A stretch of DNA of 63,968 bases, counting the filler, from Stramenopiles sp. TOSAG23-3 (Eukaryota), in the NCBI GenBank assembly GCA_900128585.1. It is 4 parts of 4 records of this genome, joined end to end, with 100 filler letters (N's around TTAATTAATTAA, not from the genome) between each part and the next. Parts side by side here need not be neighbours in the genome. Positions count along the whole stretch, not along the records: positions 1 to 16,277 come from LT642494.1; positions 16,378 to 32,636 come from LT642495.1; 2 more parts are not named here. One strand, 5' to 3'. Below are positions 9,609 to 19,696 of this stretch, piece by piece (positions within the stretch are counted from its first letter, which is position 1; each line of letters opens with the position of its first letter). The notes beneath the pieces were generated by a model. It ran no database searches and had not been told where the DNA came from. It saw only the letters and a program-made list of their open reading frames with translations. Made by a program: the position numbers and the translations under genes.

Positions 9609-12600
9609 CTACTTCAAAATTGCTCTGGAAAATATGGTTTTGAAGAGAGCCGGCATTTCTTCATTGTTGTTGCACACATGTGCTCTGCCTGCTGGCATCC
9701 TCTTTTGCATCTCCAGCGCAACCTCCGGCTCCGCAATAAAAATCGCGTATGCGTTAACAGACTTGTCTTTCATTAGTTCATCGGCGAGAACTTCAGGGGT
9801 CACGCCATATATTTCAAGGTTGGCGTCAGATATCAAAAATACAAAATAATCATCGGCTTCCTCGCGACGGACAAATCGCATTGCCCGAATGGCGGCCCCA
9901 AGTGTGTTGTCCCCGCTGGCGCAAGATGCTGCATGATCGATCATGGTCTGGATGACAGCTAGCCTTTCGTTTCGATTAACGGGTGGCCTTCCCATTGGAA
10001 CTAGGCACAAATCATGGGTTTCACCGGAATGGCCAACGATTTCGTATTGGTACTTGTGGTCTAATCCAATTAGGGCCTCCATTAACATAACGACGGATGC
10101 ACACAAACGATCCAATCTTTGGTCTCCGTTAAAGTATGCCATAGAGCCACTCACGTCTACAACAAATGAAACACGCTTGGGAAGACGCTGAACCATCCTG
10201 GAGGCTTCTTTTTCTCCGCGCTTCTTGTAAACATTTTTCTCCCCAATGGCAAGGTCTATAAGTCGTCGATCATCAAGCTCACCAGACGTTTTCCCCCGCA
10301 GCCAGACCCTTTCCTTTTCATTTGCTTCTATGCTTTGCAAAACAACGCGAAGTTGGTTAATTTCACCTTCAACAGTTGCAAACAATTCGTCATATTTTTC
10401 TTCATCAACATTGTCCATATTTAGTTTTAACCGCTGCAACTCAGCAGTTTCGTTTGCTATTTTACGGGCTTTTTGGAGAATCTTTGATGCGCCAACTTTG
10501 GCTTCTGATATCAATTTCCCTCGTGTCCCGCGACCGTTCTCATTTCCATGACCCTTTCCCGTTCCCTTTCCGCGACCTTTCCCATTCCCACGGCCTTTTC
10601 CCTTCCCCCTTCCTCGACCACGCCCTTTTCCTGAACGACCTTTCTGCGTGCTGGAATCGCTTTCTTCCTCTGTGAACTCATCTCTGCTTAGTTCGGAGTC
10701 ACTGCCCTCCGAGAAAGCATCGTTTGGTTCACTTTTTTTGCCTTTTGAATCACTTTGTACGCGGCCGGATAGAGACGAAAACAACGTTTGCTGAACTGTT
10801 AGCTTGTCCAATCTGATTTCTAGCAAGCGAATGTGACCATCGCAGAAAAGCAGCGCTAATCGTCCGTCGGACGCTTCGCAACAAGCAATACAAGCAGGCA
10901 TTTCAAATTTTTTTGGAGGTGGAAGAGGGCTATTTGCTGTAACTTTCAATCCAACGTTTGCCAAGGAACCATTGATGCCAGTGTTACCACCCTGAATACC
11001 AGACGTGCCAATTCCTGGAATTTTTGTCAAAGCAATATTTCTGATGTGCCCAACGCCCAGTGAAACAATCTCCACCACAACTACACCATGCTCGACGGCC
11101 AAAGAGTTCGTTTTGATGTGCGAGTACACTTGGACTTTTGACTGTGAAGAAAGGTGCACACACGAAGTCGAACAAATACGAGAATCCTCGTCAATTTGTG
11201 GTTGCTCACCCACTGTGGTGGCTATAATCTCAAAAAAAGATATCTGCCGCTTATACCCCATCATTGTTGACCTACTGATGCTTGCTTTTTCTATTCCCAC
11301 AAAGTAGTTTGCGTAGCAAGTTGTGTTGGAAGACATGTGAATCATGCTATCAGGCGAAACACTGCCTTTAGAAGGGGCTGGGAGTTCTCGGAAAAAGTAA
11401 GGCTTGGAGAACCACTCCTTTTCTACCAGGGGCAGATCAACGGGCCACACGTTCGGCCCCAAATTCTGCAGACTCAAAAAAAATTCTTGTAAGGATTTTT
11501 TCCCCTGCTCTCCTCCGTATAACTCCACTTCATATATTATTTGGATCGCTCCATTGTATTGTTTGCTTATACAGTATAAAAATACAATGGACTTTTCTCC
11601 ACCCACAATGCGAACGGTTTGGATTCCAAAACCTTCTGGTAGGTCAAAATGACAGTGGGCCACGTTGTTCGTTTGAACGCAATCAACGAGTAAAATTTCT
11701 CTTTCACCCGCTGAGTATAAAATTACAACAGGCAGTTCGGCAGAGAGTATTCCCGCGAAATTAACATCCTGTTTTGAATTCGCTGAAGGCCGTGGGCAGG
11801 TGGAAAATATAATCTTTCCTTCCTTTGGCCAGCACTGTACAAGCACTTCCATCCGTTGGTCATACGTGACTAGCATGTTTTCGCCAGGAATTTCAGCCAT
11901 GACCATACCTTTCGAATATTCTGACCGCAAGTCCATGGTATCTCCCAACTTCAATGGAATCTCCCGCTTTAAACCTTGGTCTAACGAGTAAACATGAAGT
12001 TCCATCCGTGATGTCAAAACACAAAGGCACCCATCGACAGAAGCCATGGAGAGAAAATTACCCATCCACGAGCCTCTCAGCGGGTCCACCCCCTTTATCA
12101 AAACCCCTTCTCTGGTGACCATACCCAATCTCCAAAAGATATCTTCCTCTGAAAACCTGCGAGCTCTAGAAGAGGCATGTTTGAAAGCTTTCCATTCTGC
12201 GCCGGGCTCTCCAATTGTTTTTATACACTTCCCAGACTCTTCGGCTTCTTGAGCAGTAATGTCGCTAAATGAATTTTGAGAATGCTCGTGAATAGAAGAA
12301 AGGGTAACATCTGTTTTTATCACGCTAGCGTTTGTTCTCTGCCTTACGAACGTTCCCAATTCTTTCGGTTCCGGCAAAGTTTGCGCAGTTGAAATACCCG
12401 ATTTTCCCGAAGACGGCATATTTTTTACCCCCGAGCTATTGATCCCTAGGGGTATCCCGTGCCGTTGGAAAATGTCCTCCACAAATTTTCTTAGTTGAGA
12501 GTCGTAGTCGTCAAATGCAAATATGTTCTCCAGCACCGCTGTTACATGGTCTTCAGGATATTGGGCCAAATGTCTAACTACATTGGTTAATTCGCGGGTG

Positions 12601-15600
12601 GAATATGGATATGTAATTTGCCCAGAGTCAACAGCAGTTCTTAAGTCACGAAACGCAGAGGTAAGAATCTTAAGCAATTCGTCCGGAACATTTGGTGCAT
12701 ACTGCTTCAGCAGCATGATCTCAGATTTTTGGTCCGGGTTTTGGATTGCATGGCACGCGAAACAGTCTCCCATTTCTCGGAAAAAATCATTTCCCAAAAA
12801 GGGGTATCCAGGTCTATTCGCAAGCGCAATAACAAGAAACTCTGGATGGATTGGCTTGATGCTCGCTGCCTGGTTGAGCATAGGTGAGTCAGCATTGACA
12901 AATCGTCTTCCATCGGCCAACAAAATCTCTCCATCCTCGAGCAAAGCTTTCAAAATCACGACTACCTCGGTCGGCGCTTTATCAAATTCATCCACTACCA
13001 GCACGCGCCCATAAACCATCGCTTTAACCAATGGAGAATCTTCAAAAACGACTACACCCCTCCGCAGAGTTGGTGCTAGCGTTAAAGAGCCCACTGTGGT
13101 GTCTCTGTGTAGCTGAATATACTCGCGCTCACGCTGCAGTAACATCAACAACTTGTCTGCCATCTTGTTCTTCCCTACGCCTTGATTCCCCATCAGCAAA
13201 ATGTGTTCTTTTGCAATGACGTCTCTGAGCATATTTCGCAACACCAACTTTTGCTCAGGAATATCGAAGAACAGGGTGTACGGAACGAGGGCGATCTCTT
13301 TCGGTTGGGAAACGGCACAAGATACGTCTCCTATTTGAACCGACGGTGACGGCGAGGAAATGTCCGCCTCTACAATCGACATTTGGGCGGCAGCTTCGAC
13401 TTGTAAGTTCCTGCTCTTACCACGTAGCCCTTCTGTTTTCAGTATAGCACGGACTGCAGCCCTTTCTGACCGCGGCATAAATTCTGTCATGAGCGCACTT
13501 TCAAGCCCATTTCCAACATCTTCCAGTTGTTCTTCCAATCGCAGATTATAGTTGAACGAAACTCGCCTAGCAGCCCTCAAAATTTGCCTCAGGGACAAAG
13601 TGACGGCCTGGGAACTGTTCGCAGCACTTCGCTCCTCGGAGTTAGCGATGTCTCTGCGGGATTCAGGAGCAGCATCTATACTTGCAATTTCCCCTTCGTA
13701 ATATCGGGTCCAACCGCCTGCTTTAGCGGCAACCTTGCTCCCCACCTGGTATTCATTTACTGCCCCATTTAACAGCTTCATTTGTTCTAATCGAACCCCT
13801 TTTCGTACCTCACCGTCTAAGAAGCGCACAGTATATGTTGGAATACTTTCGTCTGTATCAATATTTTCAATATTTGCCGCCACTGGGCCTCCATCGACCC
13901 ACAACGGAGAGCTACTGTCATTGGCTGCTGCGAGCAGATTTTCACGGACGTTGACAAGTTTCACGATTATGGTGGGAGGGCAGTTCGGGACAGTTTTCGA
14001 AACAACATCATAAAATTTCGTCATTCTAGGTAACGAAAAGAAATGAAACAGCTGCATAACCTCATTCGACAGCCATGTCTTGCCGCGCCGCGAAGTTGGT
14101 ATACCCAGTCCCAATATACGAAACGATGGGTGAACCGGGTGCACATTTCGTAGCGTCAACTCGTTGACCGATACATTCATTACTTTTGTCAAATATTCGT
14201 ACCGGCGAGGAGAGATAAACCTCGTCCCGTCGTACAACGTGACCTCTCTATCTTGTATTAAGCGACTGAGGGCAGATATCGTGCCCGCAGACAGGCGGTG
14301 AAGCCCGTCAAGGACGCACAGACCACCGCGTTTCACTGCATGAGAGAGGGGCGTTGCCTCCCAAATGCTTTCCCCCCGAGAATTTGTGGAACGCCGCTGC
14401 AGTAAATCTCTGGCTGTCATGTCCTCGAACAAAAAGAGGGTTTCAATTTGAACGTATCCTAAAGCCGCCGCGAAGCGCTTGGAGACAAACGATTTCCCCT
14501 CTCCCCGTTGCCCTATTAAGCAAACGGAATTTCCAACCGCTGCCGATTGCACCATTTTAGAAACTAGAATATTGCATTCGTCTTGAATGAAATTGGGAAG
14601 CTTAGGTTCAAATAATCCACCTTCAGTCACCACCGTACTAGATCCAGTCTCTGAGGCAGAAAATTGAAGGACGGTTTTCCCGGCATCTGTTCGCTGCACA
14701 CTGCCAAGTCTATAGTGCACCGACGGGTTGCCCAACTTTATCAGCGAGGGCGACACGGAGCGGAGCACTTGGTTCACTAACGCTGCGGCCTCATCTTTCA
14801 GCAGGCCGCACGAGGGCGAAAACGGGAATATTCTATGCAATATGTCCGTAATAGGCGTCCTGGGAAATGCTTCTAGCAATTTTCCCGCTGAAATAATCGA
14901 CTGTTCGCATGGGTAACAGAGTGACGTAAAGGCCAATGTTTTCGCCTCAATTCCAGCCGTAGAGGCCTGGGAGTCTCCTAGGGCCCACAGAGCTTCGTAT
15001 ATGCTCAACAGTTCTTCCAGAACCCTGGCATTGACCGATAAGGAATAGTTGGTCCGCAAGGACAACAGGAGCGCTTCAGTATTTGCTCGACGGACGTGTC
15101 GCGCCTGGAAACGTGATCGTAGCGGTGGATCGAGCGGATTTCCCGGAAATGGGGGAGAGGGCACTCCAACCGCAATAACCCGAAATCTTTCATGGACTCG
15201 CACGAGCTTTAGCCGTTCCAGCTCGATACTCCCTCTCTGTTCTAAAATTTCATCATAACGCTTCGGCGCCACCAAAAATCGACCATCCTCCAGCTGCATT
15301 TCCCTATTTTCAAGCAAATTGTTTAGAACCGGCAAGACGTTTCGCTCTGCCTTTTCCAAGCCTTCCAACACCAACACTCGCCCGAAAATGGCAGCCCGGA
15401 CGACAGCTTGGTCAAACCATGCGACCGACACCCCATTTTCCGCTCCTACCCGCCGGAGTTCCCGCCTACATTTCAAGTCCCCCTCGCTCGTGTCGGCAGT
15501 CAAGGAAACAAACTCGCACTCTCTATTGGTTAGCTCACAAAAGCGAAACGCCAACCACCTCCGCATCGGAGAATGCGAGCCGATTAAAAATATATCTTGA

Positions 15601-15779
15601 TTTAAAGCGTCTTTTTGGACCATCCAACGAATGTGATCATAAGCCCAAGGCATTTTAAGAAGACTGCAATCGTTTTCATAACCGCCTGGCACAAGTTCCG
15701 GGAACGCCACCGCTTGCCCACCACTCAATGCCCTAGACACTTGTGACATACGACGCTCTCGCTTTTTTTGTGTAATCAT
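9609..15779 (-). CDS. VWA8: von Willebrand factor A domain-containing protein 8 (three AAA+ modules plus C-terminal VWA)
   Basis: HIRWMVQKDALNQDIFLIG, LEKAERNVLPVLNNLLENREMQLEDGRF, Walker A GQRGEGKS and GNQGVGKN, YPYSTRE, VWA MIDAS DVSGSM and FLISDANL. Confidence 0.95.
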   Translation of the reverse strand: MITQKKRERRMSQVSRALSGGQAVAFPELVPGGYENDCSLLKMPWAYDHIRWMVQKDALNQDIFLIGSHSPMRRWLAFRFCELTNRECEFVSLTADTSEGDLKCRRELRRVGAENGVSVAWFDQAVVRAAIFGRVLVLEGLEKAERNVLPVLNNLLENREMQLEDGRFLVAPKRYDEILEQRGSIELERLKLVRVHERFRVIAVGVPSPPFPGNPLDPPLRSRFQARHVRRANTEALLLSLRTNYSLSVNARVLEELLSIYEALWALGDSQASTAGIEAKTLAFTSLCYPCEQSIISAGKLLEAFPRTPITDILHRIFPFSPSCGLLKDEAAALVNQVLRSVSPSLIKLGNPSVHYRLGSVQRTDAGKTVLQFSASETGSSTVVTEGGLFEPKLPNFIQDECNILVSKMVQSAAVGNSVCLIGQRGEGKSFVSKRFAAALGYVQIETLFLFEDMTARDLLQRRSTNSRGESIWEATPLSHAVKRGGLCVLDGLHRLSAGTISALSRLIQDREVTLYDGTRFISPRRYEYLTKVMNVSVNELTLRNVHPVHPSFRILGLGIPTSRRGKTWLSNEVMQLFHFFSLPRMTKFYDVVSKTVPNCPPTIIVKLVNVRENLLAAANDSSSPLWVDGGPVAANIENIDTDESIPTYTVRFLDGEVRKGVRLEQMKLLNGAVNEYQVGSKVAAKAGGWTRYYEGEIASIDAAPESRRDIANSEERSAANSSQAVTLSLRQILRAARRVSFNYNLRLEEQLEDVGNGLESALMTEFMPRSERAAVRAILKTEGLRGKSRNLQVEAAAQMSIVEADISSPSPSVQIGDVSCAVSQPKEIALVPYTLFFDIPEQKLVLRNMLRDVIAKEHILLMGNQGVGKNKMADKLLMLLQREREYIQLHRDTTVGSLTLAPTLRRGVVVFEDSPLVKAMVYGRVLVVDEFDKAPTEVVVILKALLEDGEILLADGRRFVNADSPMLNQAASIKPIHPEFLVIALANRPGYPFLGNDFFREMGDCFACHAIQNPDQKSEIMLLKQYAPNVPDELLKILTSAFRDLRTAVDSGQITYPYSTRELTNVVRHLAQYPEDHVTAVLENIFAFDDYDSQLRKFVEDIFQRHGIPLGINSSGVKNMPSSGKSGISTAQTLPEPKELGTFVRQRTNASVIKTDVTLSSIHEHSQNSFSDITAQEAEESGKCIKTIGEPGAEWKAFKHASSRARRFSEEDIFWRLGMVTREGVLIKGVDPLRGSWMGNFLSMASVDGCLCVLTSRMELHVYSLDQGLKREIPLKLGDTMDLRSEYSKGMVMAEIPGENMLVTYDQRMEVLVQCWPKEGKIIFSTCPRPSANSKQDVNFAGILSAELPVVILYSAGEREILLVDCVQTNNVAHCHFDLPEGFGIQTVRIVGGEKSIVFLYCISKQYNGAIQIIYEVELYGGEQGKKSLQEFFLSLQNLGPNVWPVDLPLVEKEWFSKPYFFRELPAPSKGSVSPDSMIHMSSNTTCYANYFVGIEKASISRSTMMGYKRQISFFEIIATTVGEQPQIDEDSRICSTSCVHLSSQSKVQVYSHIKTNSLAVEHGVVVVEIVSLGVGHIRNIALTKIPGIGTSGIQGGNTGINGSLANVGLKVTANSPLPPPKKFEMPACIACCEASDGRLALLFCDGHIRLLEIRLDKLTVQQTLFSSLSGRVQSDSKGKKSEPNDAFSEGSDSELSRDEFTEEESDSSTQKGRSGKGRGRGRGKGKGRGNGKGRGKGTGKGHGNENGRGTRGKLISEAKVGASKILQKARKIANETAELQRLKLNMDNVDEEKYDELFATVEGEINQLRVVLQSIEANEKERVWLRGKTSGELDDRRLIDLAIGEKNVYKKRGEKEASRMVQRLPKRVSFVVDVSGSMAYFNGDQRLDRLCASVVMLMEALIGLDHKYQYEIVGHSGETHDLCLVPMGRPPVNRNERLAVIQTMIDHAASCASGDNTLGAAIRAMRFVRREEADDYFVFLISDANLEIYGVTPEVLADELMKDKSVNAYAIFIAEPEVALEMQKRMPAGRAHVCNNNEEMPALFKTIFSRAILK

Positions 15780-16103
15780 AATGTTGAAATAAAGTGGGGG
15801 GGCAGCCTCTACATAAATACAATCCCCCTAATTCCCACCTCAAATCTCGTTCCTATAATGCAACAAAACATGAAAGTTGAAAATATGAGCTATGTAATAT
15901 TTATAAATGTATACGTGTTGGTCTTTCATCAAATAGAAAAATTACAGTATTTTATAGTAATAGACACTAATTTTTATTAGGAGAGACTTCTTCTGTGTGT
16001 TGTTCTTCTTATTTTTTGAAGTGCTTTCCTTGGCGTTGGACTGATAAAGCAAACGATTAATTTATTAATTTCATTAATAAACCCGAATAGGAGTAAGGAG
16101 ATG

Positions 16104-16277
16104 TTCTTCTCTTCTCTTCTCTTTTCTCTTCTCTTCTCTTCTCTTCTCTTCTCTTCTCTTCTCTTCTCTTCTCTCTTCTCTTCTCTTCTCTTTTCTTTTC
16201 TTCTCTTCTCTTCTCTTCTCTTCTCTTCTCTCTTCTCTTCTCTTCTCTTCTCTTCTCTTCTCTTCTCTTCTCTTCTC
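16104..16277. repeat. (CTTCT)n polypyrimidine microsatellite running into an assembly gap
   Basis: Visible tandem repeat. Confidence 0.95.
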
Positions 16278-16377
16278 NNNNNNNNNNNNNNNNNNNNNNN
16301 NNNNNNNNNNNNNNNNNNNNNTTAATTAATTAANNNNNNNNNNNNNNNNNNNNNNNNNNNNNNNNNNNNNNNNNNNN
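16278..16377. other. Artificial 100-nt contig linker (44 N + TTAATTAATTAA + 44 N)
   Basis: Same structure recurs at 32637-32736 and 48992-49091; TTAATTAATTAA gives stops in all six frames. Confidence 0.95.
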
Positions 16378-16621
16378 ATAGAGCATAGACGACACCAGCG
16401 GCGGTATTATAATATTATTATTCTAATAAAACTGGCCTCACTCACTAACCCAGTAAATTTAATATAAATCCATTTCATTGTTATTGAATAAAATATACAA
16501 TCTAAACGGTTAAAATAATTATTTAGAACATTTTTTATTTACACCGTTTCCATTCAGCAGTAACATCCAGTCATTTATTCTTACGTGCATACTTACTCCT
16601 CCTATCAACAAGTTTCCTTCC

Positions 16622-18133
16622 ATGGACAAGACGGAACTTCGCAAATGGCTCCCTCTTGATGAGCCAGAGATTACAAACAAAGACCAGGCAATTGCAGAGG
16701 TCGTGCGGATACGCACGGGAATCAAACATGCAAGGGTTCAAATGTTGAAGAAAGACAACCGTGAGATTGACAAATGGGCCAGGCAGGCCCGTGGGAAAAA
16801 AATTTCGAAACTAAAAGACCTGTGTGAACACTTGGCGCGGCCCTACTGTAGGGACGGGTTCAAGGACGATTACAAGATAGCTCGGGTGTTTTTCGTGTGG
16901 GTATGCGACAACGTCGTGTACGACTTTGAAAACGCCATGATCAAAAAAAGCAAACGACTGATCGGCGAACAGACTGCCGAGTTGGTGTTTAAAAAGAGAA
17001 AGGCCGTCTGCGCGGGGTACTGCTCCCTCTTCAAGGAGATGTGCACGACCATGGGGGTGGAGTGCAGAAACATATGTGGAACAGAAAAAGCGTTCAGCTA
17101 CGTCCCGAACACCACTTTCAACCGTATGGAAAAAGGTTCCGGTCACATGTGGAATGCAATCAAAATTTACGGGCTATGGTACCTTGCCGATGTAACTTGG
17201 GCGGCCGGTCAAGCGAGTAAAACGTCAAATACGTGGCGGAAAAATTTTGAAAACTTTTGGTGGTGCACTTCCAAGCCGAGGTTTGAGTACACTCATTTTG
17301 CGAAGGAAGACAAGGAGGACTCTTACGCCGATCCTTGCCCGGTCGAGTTGCGGCCCACCATGGACGGTGCAGCGTTTGCGCAACAAGCGTACCCGACAGC
17401 GGACTTTTTTACCAATGGACTTGAATTTTTGTCCCATAAAAAGTGCCGATGCTCTACAACAAACAGCGGTAAACCGCTGGAACTTCGTTTCAGTGGCCCG
17501 AAAAACGTAAGAATTATTGGGAAGGCAACGTTGCTAGGGAAGAAACGTGTCACGACGGGGGACGTTTTTGTCCAGCGAGATCCGGGCGAAGTGGACGGGC
17601 GAGTTGAGATTGTCGTGTACGTGAAATTTCCTGTGAAAGGGGAGTACCTCGTCAAACTTTTTGTCCTTGTACCGAGCGACCCCTTGGATCATAAAAAAAT
17701 GGAAGAAACAGAGTACCAACTCTGTTCCGAATATTTGGCTGATGTGATACAGGATAGGGGCGGCGCTCGGGCCGGGCGAGATGGTTTTCCAAAGCTTTAC
17801 AAAAGCTTCATGGAAAACGACGTTCAGATAAATGATCCGTCCCATCGCCTGCTGTCGTCATACTTACAATATTCCCCATCAAAGCCTGACCTGAACATGG
17901 TTCATTTTTCTATTGTAGTAAGAGACGGCGCAGCGCTGGACAATCTGTCTTTCGTGATCAACAGCTCGGTGATCGGGGACAAACTAGTGTTTGACGAAAA
18001 TACGAGGACTTTTTCTGGAGACTTGGTCCTAAAAAGCAACATGGAAACTGTGAAACTATGTTTTGAGAACAAAGACGGTATGCACGAGAGTGTCGCAATG
18101 TGGAAAGTACGTCAACAAAAAAGAAGCAAGTAA
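16622..18133 (+). CDS. Kyphoscoliosis-peptidase/hillarin-like transglutaminase-fold protein with C-terminal Ig-like domains
   Basis: Cys-His-Asp triad motifs AVCAGYCSLF, GHMWNAIKIYGLWYLADVTWAAG; preceded by ARVFFVWVCDNVVYD. Confidence 0.85.
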   Translation: MDKTELRKWLPLDEPEITNKDQAIAEVVRIRTGIKHARVQMLKKDNREIDKWARQARGKKISKLKDLCEHLARPYCRDGFKDDYKIARVFFVWVCDNVVYDFENAMIKKSKRLIGEQTAELVFKKRKAVCAGYCSLFKEMCTTMGVECRNICGTEKAFSYVPNTTFNRMEKGSGHMWNAIKIYGLWYLADVTWAAGQASKTSNTWRKNFENFWWCTSKPRFEYTHFAKEDKEDSYADPCPVELRPTMDGAAFAQQAYPTADFFTNGLEFLSHKKCRCSTTNSGKPLELRFSGPKNVRIIGKATLLGKKRVTTGDVFVQRDPGEVDGRVEIVVYVKFPVKGEYLVKLFVLVPSDPLDHKKMEETEYQLCSEYLADVIQDRGGARAGRDGFPKLYKSFMENDVQINDPSHRLLSSYLQYSPSKPDLNMVHFSIVVRDGAALDNLSFVINSSVIGDKLVFDENTRTFSGDLVLKSNMETVKLCFENKDGMHESVAMWKVRQQKRSK

Positions 18134-18279
18134 GTAAAATTGTATGCGTTGTTGTTGAGATGCAGTTTACTGATCGATCACTATATTTCTTAAACTCCTT
18201 GCATATTTATTTTCCTCTTTTTTTTTTTAAAAATATATGTCATTTTTTATTATTTAGCAGCTGCTACTAATTGCTAGAG

Positions 18280-18317
18280 CTCTTTTTTTTACACTACATT
18301 AGCATAAAGGCCTATTA
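18280..18317 (+). repeat. 37-38 bp dispersed direct repeat, copy 1
   Basis: CTCTTTTTTTTACACTACATTAGCATAAAGGCCTATTA; near-identical to 19390-19426. Confidence 0.85.
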
Positions 18318-18600
18318 AGAAAGAAGGCAAAAAGGGCCATCGTCCTGAGCAACCCATCGGAGAATAATGAAGGCTTCGTTTCTGTCGCGGTTAAGGATCG
18401 CACAGGACCCTTTCAAGTCGCCAACAGCAAAAGTTGCCGGATATTTTTAAAGGCCAAACGTCGTGGAATCGAGCTAGTAAGGGTACCACTCTTTGTTTGT
18501 AATTTGGCGTGAAACGAGAGGTTCACGGCATCTACGCTTTTTAAGAACACATTTTTCATCCGCGGAGCAAGTTACAGAACACGGGAGAAAAGCAATACAA

Positions 18601-19071
18601 ATGGGAATTGTCGGTGCGGAGAAGCAGGGCAGTGATGCGATGAAAAATGTCGAAGATGGTATTGCCGATGCAAAAAAACAGGGCAGAAACACTGCTGAAA
18701 AAGTCAAAGAGACCATTGTCTCTACTGGCATAAACGGCAATCAGGCGGAAATCGCTGATTATGCGAAGGCTGCGAAGGACCCGAGAAAAGCCATTGACAG
18801 GAAATTTACGGGAAAGGAAGATGTTGTGGAACGAAGCGACCCGTTTGCTGAAGCGCGGGACTTTCTTGAGCGAGATTGGGAGGATTTTCGAGAAGCTGAA
18901 CAAGGTGATGATAAGAAAACCAAGTTTGTGGAGTTATTCATATCTGCCCCTCCCGAACTCACGCCAGGCTCCGCGATGCATCTGGACACGCCGTATGGGA
19001 TCCGTTCTATATTCGTTCCCCCAGTGGAAACGATGACGGACAACAGGATCATACTAAAGGTATACAAATAA
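18601..19071 (+). CDS. Hypothetical protein with C-terminal small beta-rich domain
   Basis: ORF 18493..19071, first ATG at 18601; C-terminus ISAPPELTPGSAMHLDTPYGIRSIFVPP. Confidence 0.55.
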   Translation: MGIVGAEKQGSDAMKNVEDGIADAKKQGRNTAEKVKETIVSTGINGNQAEIADYAKAAKDPRKAIDRKFTGKEDVVERSDPFAEARDFLERDWEDFREAEQGDDKKTKFVELFISAPPELTPGSAMHLDTPYGIRSIFVPPVETMTDNRIILKVYK

Positions 19072-19183
19072 CCAAAGTCGGGCCAGGGGGAGCGGTGTGC
19101 GAGCCCTTCGCACGTTGAGAAAGCATAAGTATATCTACTTGATTATAATTTTACAACACACAGTATGAATTACTTTCTTTTTT

Positions 19184-19236
19184 TTTAAACAAGAAAATTG
19201 GCTGTTATTTAAGAAATTAAAATTTATCTTCCTCAT
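19184..19236 (+). repeat. 3'-associated micro-element, long copy
   Basis: Core at 19190-19211 followed by AGAAATTAAAATTTATCTTCCTCAT. Confidence 0.9.
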
Positions 19237-19389
19237 GTGTGGTACCGCGAAAATGAATCTGCCCCTTTTGTCCATATTTCTAATCAATATTTACTAGTCG
19301 TTCTACCTTGTCACTTAGTAATTCGTTTTTTTTTAATTTTAATTATCTTCCTTTTATGTTTTGTTCGCTGCGGGGGAACTGTCGTCGGC

Positions 19390-19426
19390 CTCTTTTTTTA
19401 CACTACATTACCATAAAGGCCTATTA
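19390..19426 (+). repeat. 37-38 bp dispersed direct repeat, copy 2
   Basis: CTCTTTTTTTACACTACATTACCATAAAGGCCTATTA; one substitution and one T-run indel relative to copy 1. Confidence 0.85.
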
Positions 19427-19696
19427 TATATTATATTCATATGTACGTATTATTCATATACTCTTTCAGTATTTGAAGAATTCGTTTATTTTTTTATGAA
19501 TTATNNNNNNNNNNNNNNNNNNNNNNNNNNNNNNNNNNNNNATTGCGACCGCCACCTCTTGTTGCTCCGCTACTTATGACTGTCTTTTCTACATTAAAGT
19601 AGACATAAATGTTCTCTTTGAAAGACATCGATATGTTCGTGGCCATCTCACTACATTTTTAAGGGAAGACTCTTCATGATTACGTAGAGGAAAACG

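Noticed and set aside
16322-16333. TTAATTAATTAA inside N-runs (also 32681-32692 and 49036-49047)
   Set aside because: Identical 44N+12+44N structure and stops in all six frames mark it as an artificial contig linker, so gene adjacency across it is not evidence.
18130-18277. Possible intron from GTAAGT overlapping the KY-like stop codon to TACTAAT...CTAG
   Set aside because: Would add only a few low-complexity codons; the protein already looks complete and there is no support without transcripts.
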